Shown here: positions 59,865 to 64,000 of the stretch, piece after piece | How the letters are laid out: each line of letters begins with the position of its first letter | How positions within the stretch are numbered: position 1 is the stretch's first letter | NCBI GenBank assembly: GCA_036522835.1 | Contig: DATDFB010000057.1 | Coordinates: 3,906 to 67,905 of the forward strand | Length of the DNA: 64,000 bases | Source of the DNA: Thermoanaerobaculia bacterium | GTDB taxonomy: Bacteria; Acidobacteriota; Thermoanaerobaculia; Gp7-AA8 | Direction of reading: 5' to 3' | Made by a program: the position numbers and the translations under genes | Notes under the pieces: generated by a model | Told to the model about the DNA's origin: nothing | The model's database searches: none | Seen by the model: the letters and a program-made list of their open reading frames with translations, nothing else

Positions 59865-60854
59865 ATGCGCAGCGCTTCGATGCGACGCAAGCTGATGGAG
59901 ATCCTCGCGGAGCCCGGCACGGGCGCGCCGCTGCGGCTGGAGGTGACGCGCGGCTCCGGCGACGTCGTCGAGGAAGGCGCGCTCGTCTCCGAGACGAAGC
60001 GCTATCCGATCGCCGGCGGCATTCCGCGCTTCGTCGAGCCCGACAACTACGCGGCGTCGTTCGGCCAGCAGTGGAACGCCTTCCGCGAAGTGCAGCTCGA
60101 CTCGGCGAACGGCGCGTCGTATTCGCGGCGGCGCTTCGACGCCGAGGTTGGGTGGGCGGAGGATGAGCTGCGCGGGAAGTGGCTGCTCGACGCCGGCTGC
60201 GGCGCCGGACGCTTCGCCGAGGTGAGCGCGGCGCGCGGGGCGAACCTCGTCGCGCTCGATCTCTCCTCGGCCGTCGATGCCGCGGCCAAAACGCTCGCGC
60301 GCTTTCCGAACGCCGACGTCGTGCAGGGGAGCATCCTCGATCCGCCGTTCCGCCGCGGCGCGTTCGACTTCTGCTATTGCATCGGCGTCATCCAGCACAC
60401 CCCCGACCCGCCGCGGGCCATCCGCACGCTCGCCGGCGCCGTGCGCCCCGGCGGAAAGTTCGCGTTCACGATGTACGGGCGGCGCTGGTACACGAAGCTC
60501 TATGCGAAGTACCTGGTGCGCCCGCTGACGAAGCGGATGCGGCCGGCCACGCTGCTGGCGGCGATCGAGACGACGATGCCGTTCTTCTTCCCGCTGACCG
60601 ACGCCTTGTTCCGCGCGCCGCTCATCGGAAAGCTCGCCGGCTTCACCATTCCGATCGCGAACGATCCGTCGATGACGGAGCTCACGCGCGAGCAGCGCTA
60701 CCGCCTGGCCATCCTCGACACCTTCGACATGCTCGCGCCGCAGCACGACCACCCGATGACGTGGCAGGAGATGGAGCGCGAGCTGCGCGCGGCGGGAGCG
60801 GCGCGGTGGGAGTTCAGGAGCCGGGTGCCGGTGGTCGTGTCAGGAGTCCGCTAG
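59865..60854 (+). CDS. Class I SAM-dependent methyltransferase with N-terminal Trm112-like segment
   Basis: In-frame part of track ORF 59742..60854. [11 protein letters not shown] (Trm112-like), [14 protein letters not shown] (motif I), VRPGGKFAF. The start is ambiguous (59865, 59880 or 59895). Confidence 0.8.
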   Translation: MRSASMRRKLMEILAEPGTGAPLRLEVTRGSGDVVEEGALVSETKRYPIAGGIPRFVEPDNYAASFGQQWNAFREVQLDSANGASYSRRRFDAEVGWAEDELRGKWLLDAGCGAGRFAEVSAARGANLVALDLSSAVDAAAKTLARFPNADVVQGSILDPPFRRGAFDFCYCIGVIQHTPDPPRAIRTLAGAVRPGGKFAFTMYGRRWYTKLYAKYLVRPLTKRMRPATLLAAIETTMPFFFPLTDALFRAPLIGKLAGFTIPIANDPSMTELTREQRYRLAILDTFDMLAPQHDHPMTWQEMERELRAAGAARWEFRSRVPVVVSGVR

Positions 60855-61631
60855 CTCGCCCCGCAGCGTCGTCACCGCCTGGCCGCCGAGCTTGACCCGG
60901 TCGCCGGCGAGCCGCACGCGCAGCTCGCCGCCGCGCCGGGAAACCTGCAGCGCGCGCATTTCCGTCTTGCCGAGACGCGCGGACCAGAACGGCGCGAGGC
61001 AGCAGTGCGCGCTGCCGGTGACCGGATCCTCGGGGACGCCGGCGGCTGGGGCGAAGAAGCGCGAGACGAAGTCGGCGCCGTCCGTCGACGCCTTGCTCGT
61101 CACCATCACGCCGCGCGCCTGGATCTGCGCCAGCCGCGCGAAGTCGGGCTGCAGGGCACGCACCTCGTCCTCGGAATCGACTTCGACGAGGTAGTCGAGC
61201 TCGTTGCGGCCGACGTAGGCCGCGCGTTGCACGCCGAGCGACGGCAGCAGGCCATCCGGCGGCGCGGTCTCTCGTTCCCTCAACGCGGGGAAGTCGAGCT
61301 CGATCCACTCCCCGTCGCGCGATGCCGTCAACGCGCCGCTCAGCGTGTAGAAGCGCGCAACGTCGTTCGCGCCGAGCCGCCCCTCCTCCCACAGCGCGTG
61401 CGCGCTGCCGAGCGTGGCGTGGCCGCAGAGCTTCACCTCGACCGAGGGGGTGAACCAGCGCAGCGACCAGCCGTCGCCGCGCGGGAGGAGGAACGCCGTC
61501 TCGGAGAGATTCATCTCCGCGGCGACGTTCCTCATCCACTCATCGCCGCGCTCGCGGTCGAGAAAGCAGACCGCCGCGGGGTTGCCGCGGAACGGCTCGG
61601 ACGTGAACGCGTCGACCTGGATCAGGCGCAT
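60840..61631 (-). CDS. PhzF family isomerase-like protein
   Basis: 263 aa. MRLIQVDAFTSEPFRGNPAAVCF, ETAFLLP, LCGHATLGSAHAL, DPVTGSAHCCLAPFW. Confidence 0.88.
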   Translation of the reverse strand: MRLIQVDAFTSEPFRGNPAAVCFLDRERGDEWMRNVAAEMNLSETAFLLPRGDGWSLRWFTPSVEVKLCGHATLGSAHALWEEGRLGANDVARFYTLSGALTASRDGEWIELDFPALRERETAPPDGLLPSLGVQRAAYVGRNELDYLVEVDSEDEVRALQPDFARLAQIQARGVMVTSKASTDGADFVSRFFAPAAGVPEDPVTGSAHCCLAPFWSARLGKTEMRALQVSRRGGELRVRLAGDRVKLGGQAVTTLRGELADS

Positions 61632-62420
61632 CTAGAACCCCGGAACCTTCGCCGCTTTCTTGTACAGCAGCCAGACCACGAAAAAGCCGAGAACGATCAC
61701 GCCGGCGGCGTATGCGTCGCGCGCGGCATTGCTGAACATCGGGAAGTAGTGGTTGCTGAGCATGAACAGCACCAGCGGCACCGACATGTACGTGTTGTGC
61801 CGCGAGCGCAGCCCGGCGATCTTCACCTCGGCCGAGTCGGCCGGCAGCGGCGTCCCCGCCTTCGTCGCGGCGATGATCTTTTTCTGGTACGGCCAGATCA
61901 GCATCCAGACATTGAGCGCCATCGTCGTGCCGAAGGTCATGCCGCCGTGGATGTAGAGCGCGCGGCCGCCGTAATGGCCGACGCACTCCAGGAGAGCCCA
62001 AACGCCGGCATAGAGCACCAGACAGATCGCCGCGCCGACGACCTTGTTCGGAAGCGCCTTCATGATCGCGTTGTAGACCACGAAGCCGACGGCGAGCGTG
62101 ACCAGGTAGATGGCCAGCCAGAGCCAGGGGTTGTTGTCGGCGTGGTTGTCGTCGAAGAGCTGCTTCCGTTCGGAGTAGTAGACAAGTCCAGCCAGGACGA
62201 AGCCGGTGATCCAGGTCCAGGCCGCGCCCCAGCGGAACCAGAACAGCGCGCGCGGCATTAGCTCGGGGTTGACGGCGCGCTTGGTCGGGCCGTCGATCTT
62301 GCCCTGGAACGGGCCGTTGACCCAGTTGAAGAACCAGAGATGGCCGATCCAGGCGATGGCGGCGATCACGTGAGCCCAGCGAAAGAAGAGGTTGAGTAGC
62401 GTGTTCAGCGGTTCATTCAT
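61632..62420 (-). CDS. Polytopic membrane protein resembling the membrane domain of urate hydroxylase PuuD (no cytochrome c domain)
   Basis: 262 aa. LNLFFRWAHVIAAIAWIGHLWFFNWVN resembles the PuuD N-terminus as I remember it. No CxxCH motif is present. Its stop directly abuts the PhzF start. The family call is from memory. Confidence 0.45.
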   Translation of the reverse strand: MNEPLNTLLNLFFRWAHVIAAIAWIGHLWFFNWVNGPFQGKIDGPTKRAVNPELMPRALFWFRWGAAWTWITGFVLAGLVYYSERKQLFDDNHADNNPWLWLAIYLVTLAVGFVVYNAIMKALPNKVVGAAICLVLYAGVWALLECVGHYGGRALYIHGGMTFGTTMALNVWMLIWPYQKKIIAATKAGTPLPADSAEVKIAGLRSRHNTYMSVPLVLFMLSNHYFPMFSNAARDAYAAGVIVLGFFVVWLLYKKAAKVPGF

Positions 62421-62468
62421 GCGCCCTCCTCAAAGATCTGTCGTTTGGAGTAGCCTGCCGCCGATTAT

Positions 62469-63158
62469 ATGGAATTCCAAGAACGCATCGCCGTCATCAC
62501 CGGCGCGTCGAGCGGCATCGGCGCCAGTTGCGCGCGGAAACTCGCCGAGCGCGGCGCCCGCGTCGTCCTCTTCGCCCGCTCGCTCGACAAGCTGCGCGAG
62601 ATCGCCGCGCGGCACGAAGACCGCATGCTCGCCGTCTCCGGCGACGTGGCCGAGGAAGCCGACATCGAGCGTCTCTTCGCGGAGACGGAGTCGCGCTTCG
62701 GCGCGTGCGACCTCCTGATCAACAACGCCGGCATGATCGATCCGAAGCCGATGGAAGCGACGAGCGCGGACGACTGGGACCGCATGTTCGCGGTGAACGT
62801 CCGCGGCGCGTTCCTCTGCGCGCGGCGCGCGCTGCGGGCGATGCCGGGCGGCGCGGCGATCGTCAACGTCGCCTCGATCTCCGGCGTGGCCGGCCCGGAG
62901 AAGTTCCCCGGCTGGATCTCCTACTGCGCGAGCAAGGGGGCGGTGATCTCCATGACCGAGGCGATGGCGGTGGAGCTGAAGGGGCGTGGCGTGCGCGTGA
63001 ACTGCGTGAGCCCCGGCTCGGTCGACACGAAGATGTGGGCGGAGGCGAGCGGAGGCGCGCCCGCGGACATGACGCCGGACGAGGTCGCGGAAACGATTCT
63101 CTTTCTGGCCTCGGAGCGCTCGCGGCCGATGAACGGACAGAACGTCAATGTGTGGTGA
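62469..63158 (+). CDS. Short-chain dehydrogenase/reductase (SDR)
   Basis: 229 aa. ITGASSGIG (TGxxxGxG), NNAG, S...YCASK catalytic set. Confidence 0.9.
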   Translation: MEFQERIAVITGASSGIGASCARKLAERGARVVLFARSLDKLREIAARHEDRMLAVSGDVAEEADIERLFAETESRFGACDLLINNAGMIDPKPMEATSADDWDRMFAVNVRGAFLCARRALRAMPGGAAIVNVASISGVAGPEKFPGWISYCASKGAVISMTEAMAVELKGRGVRVNCVSPGSVDTKMWAEASGGAPADMTPDEVAETILFLASERSRPMNGQNVNVW

Positions 63159-63170
63159 CGGGCGCAGATC

Positions 63171-64000
63171 GTGACGTCGCAAGAACACCACCTGCGCCCG
63201 ACCTGGGCCGAGGTCGACCTCGGCGCGTTCCGCCGCAACGTCGACGCCGTCGCGCGCATGCTGCCGGAGCGCTCGCGCCTCATCGCCGTGCTGAAGGCAA
63301 ACGCGTACGGCCACGGCGCGGTGGAGGTGGCGCGCGCGTGCCACCACGACCGCGTGGCCATGATCGCCGTGGCGTTGCTCGAGGAGGCGCTACAGCTGCG
63401 CGCCGCCGGCATCGCGCTGCCGATCCTCGTGCTCGGAGCGCTGACGCGCGAGCAGATCGCCGTGGCCACGGACAAGAGCATTGTCCCCGGCGTCATCGGC
63501 CCCGAGGAGCTCGCCTACGCGTGCGACGTGGCGCGGGACCGCGACGTCACCGTGCACCTCAAGCTCGACAGCGGCATGGGGCGGATGGGGATTCTCGAAG
63601 CGGAGCTCCCGCGGGCGATCGAGATGATCCGCTCCGCGCCGCGGCTGCGCATCGACGCGATCTACACCCACTACGCGAACGCGGACGATCCGCTCGACGC
63701 ATTCACGCAGACGCAGACGGAGAATTTTCAGCGCCTGCTGGCCAAGCTGCGCGAGGCGGGCATCGACGCGCCGGCGCACCACGCCGCGAACAGCGCGGCC
63801 ACGATGCGGGGATTGGTCGCGCCGGGAGACTACGCGCGAACGGGAATCGTGCTGTACGGCGTCAAGCCGCTGGAGCCTGTCCTCCGCTGGCGCACGGAGA
63901 TCGTGCGCTTGAAAACGCTCCCCCCCGGCTACGCCATCGGCTACGGCACGACCTTCCACACCGCGCGCGAAAGCCGCATCGCCACGCTGCCCGTCGGTTA
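63171..64000 (+). CDS. alr: Alanine racemase (partial; continues beyond window end)
   Basis: My own translation from GTG 63171 gives VTSQEHHLRPTWAEVDLGAFRRNVDAVARMLPERSRLIAVLKANAYGHGAVEVA... (PLP-Lys motif AVLKANAYGHG) and KLDSGMGRMG. Not in the ORF track because there is no stop in the window. Confidence 0.9.
   Translation, partial: MTSQEHHLRPTWAEVDLGAFRRNVDAVARMLPERSRLIAVLKANAYGHGAVEVARACHHDRVAMIAVALLEEALQLRAAGIALPILVLGALTREQIAVATDKSIVPGVIGPEELAYACDVARDRDVTVHLKLDSGMGRMGILEAELPRAIEMIRSAPRLRIDAIYTHYANADDPLDAFTQTQTENFQRLLAKLREAGIDAPAHHAANSAATMRGLVAPGDYARTGIVLYGVKPLEPVLRWRTEIVRLKTLPPGYAIGYGTTFHTARESRIATLPVG

Noticed and set aside
1-64000. Prophage, integrative element, defence island or toxin-antitoxin content
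   Set aside because: No integrase, transposase, recombinase, phage structural, restriction-modification, cas, or small TA-like gene pairs were recognisable. The only mobile-looking sequences are non-autonomous palindromic repeats.

Overview
GC-rich 64-kb chromosomal segment (about two-thirds G+C by eye, not computed). Gene content and repeat types suggest an Acidobacteriota-like soil bacterium. This is an inference from a VWFA-related 'acidobacterial-type' domain protein, a Ser/Thr kinase with a TolB-like+TPR tail, and palindromic repeats that translate as VIPSREDGEES / ECGGHAAAL / VGAHGVRP. I call 59 protein-coding genes, 2 of them cut by the window edges. They are tightly packed on both strands, and about 19 same-strand neighbours overlap, mostly by 4 nt (ATGA/GTGA/TTGA). 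Recognisable housekeeping genes are purD-purE, hbd, proS, hflX, hemA-hemC-cobA/hemD, fmt-rsmB, hup, dgt and alr. Accessory content includes three ECF sigma modules, a CDF metal exporter, a bshC-bshB-bshA bacillithiol operon, GH15 and GH44 glycosidases, envelope and polysaccharide genes, and several exported or membrane proteins of unknown function. I found no rRNA, tRNA, CRISPR array, transposase, integrase or phage gene. Long antisense ORFs in the track are high-GC artefacts. The points most worth a second look are these. (1) A five-gene translationally coupled unit joins an MglA-family GTPase with an unusual acidic tail to a SAM methyltransferase and bshCBA (possible N-methyl-bacillithiol pathway). 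(2) About 20 copies of at least five REP/MITE-like palindrome families occur, several sitting in frame inside essential genes (hemC, rsmB) or supplying start/stop codons. (3) A kinase-headed operon encodes a LigB-like::RidA fusion flanked by an Eda-type aldolase and a KynB-like cyclase. (4) A 10-unit 21-bp iteron-like array lies between hup and dgt. (5) A 206-bp nested palindrome sits just upstream of the hemA ribosome-binding site. (6) A ~1040-aa polytopic membrane protein is coupled to an orphan 4'-phosphopantetheinyl transferase. All functional calls rest on by-eye motif and family recognition; no database search was run.
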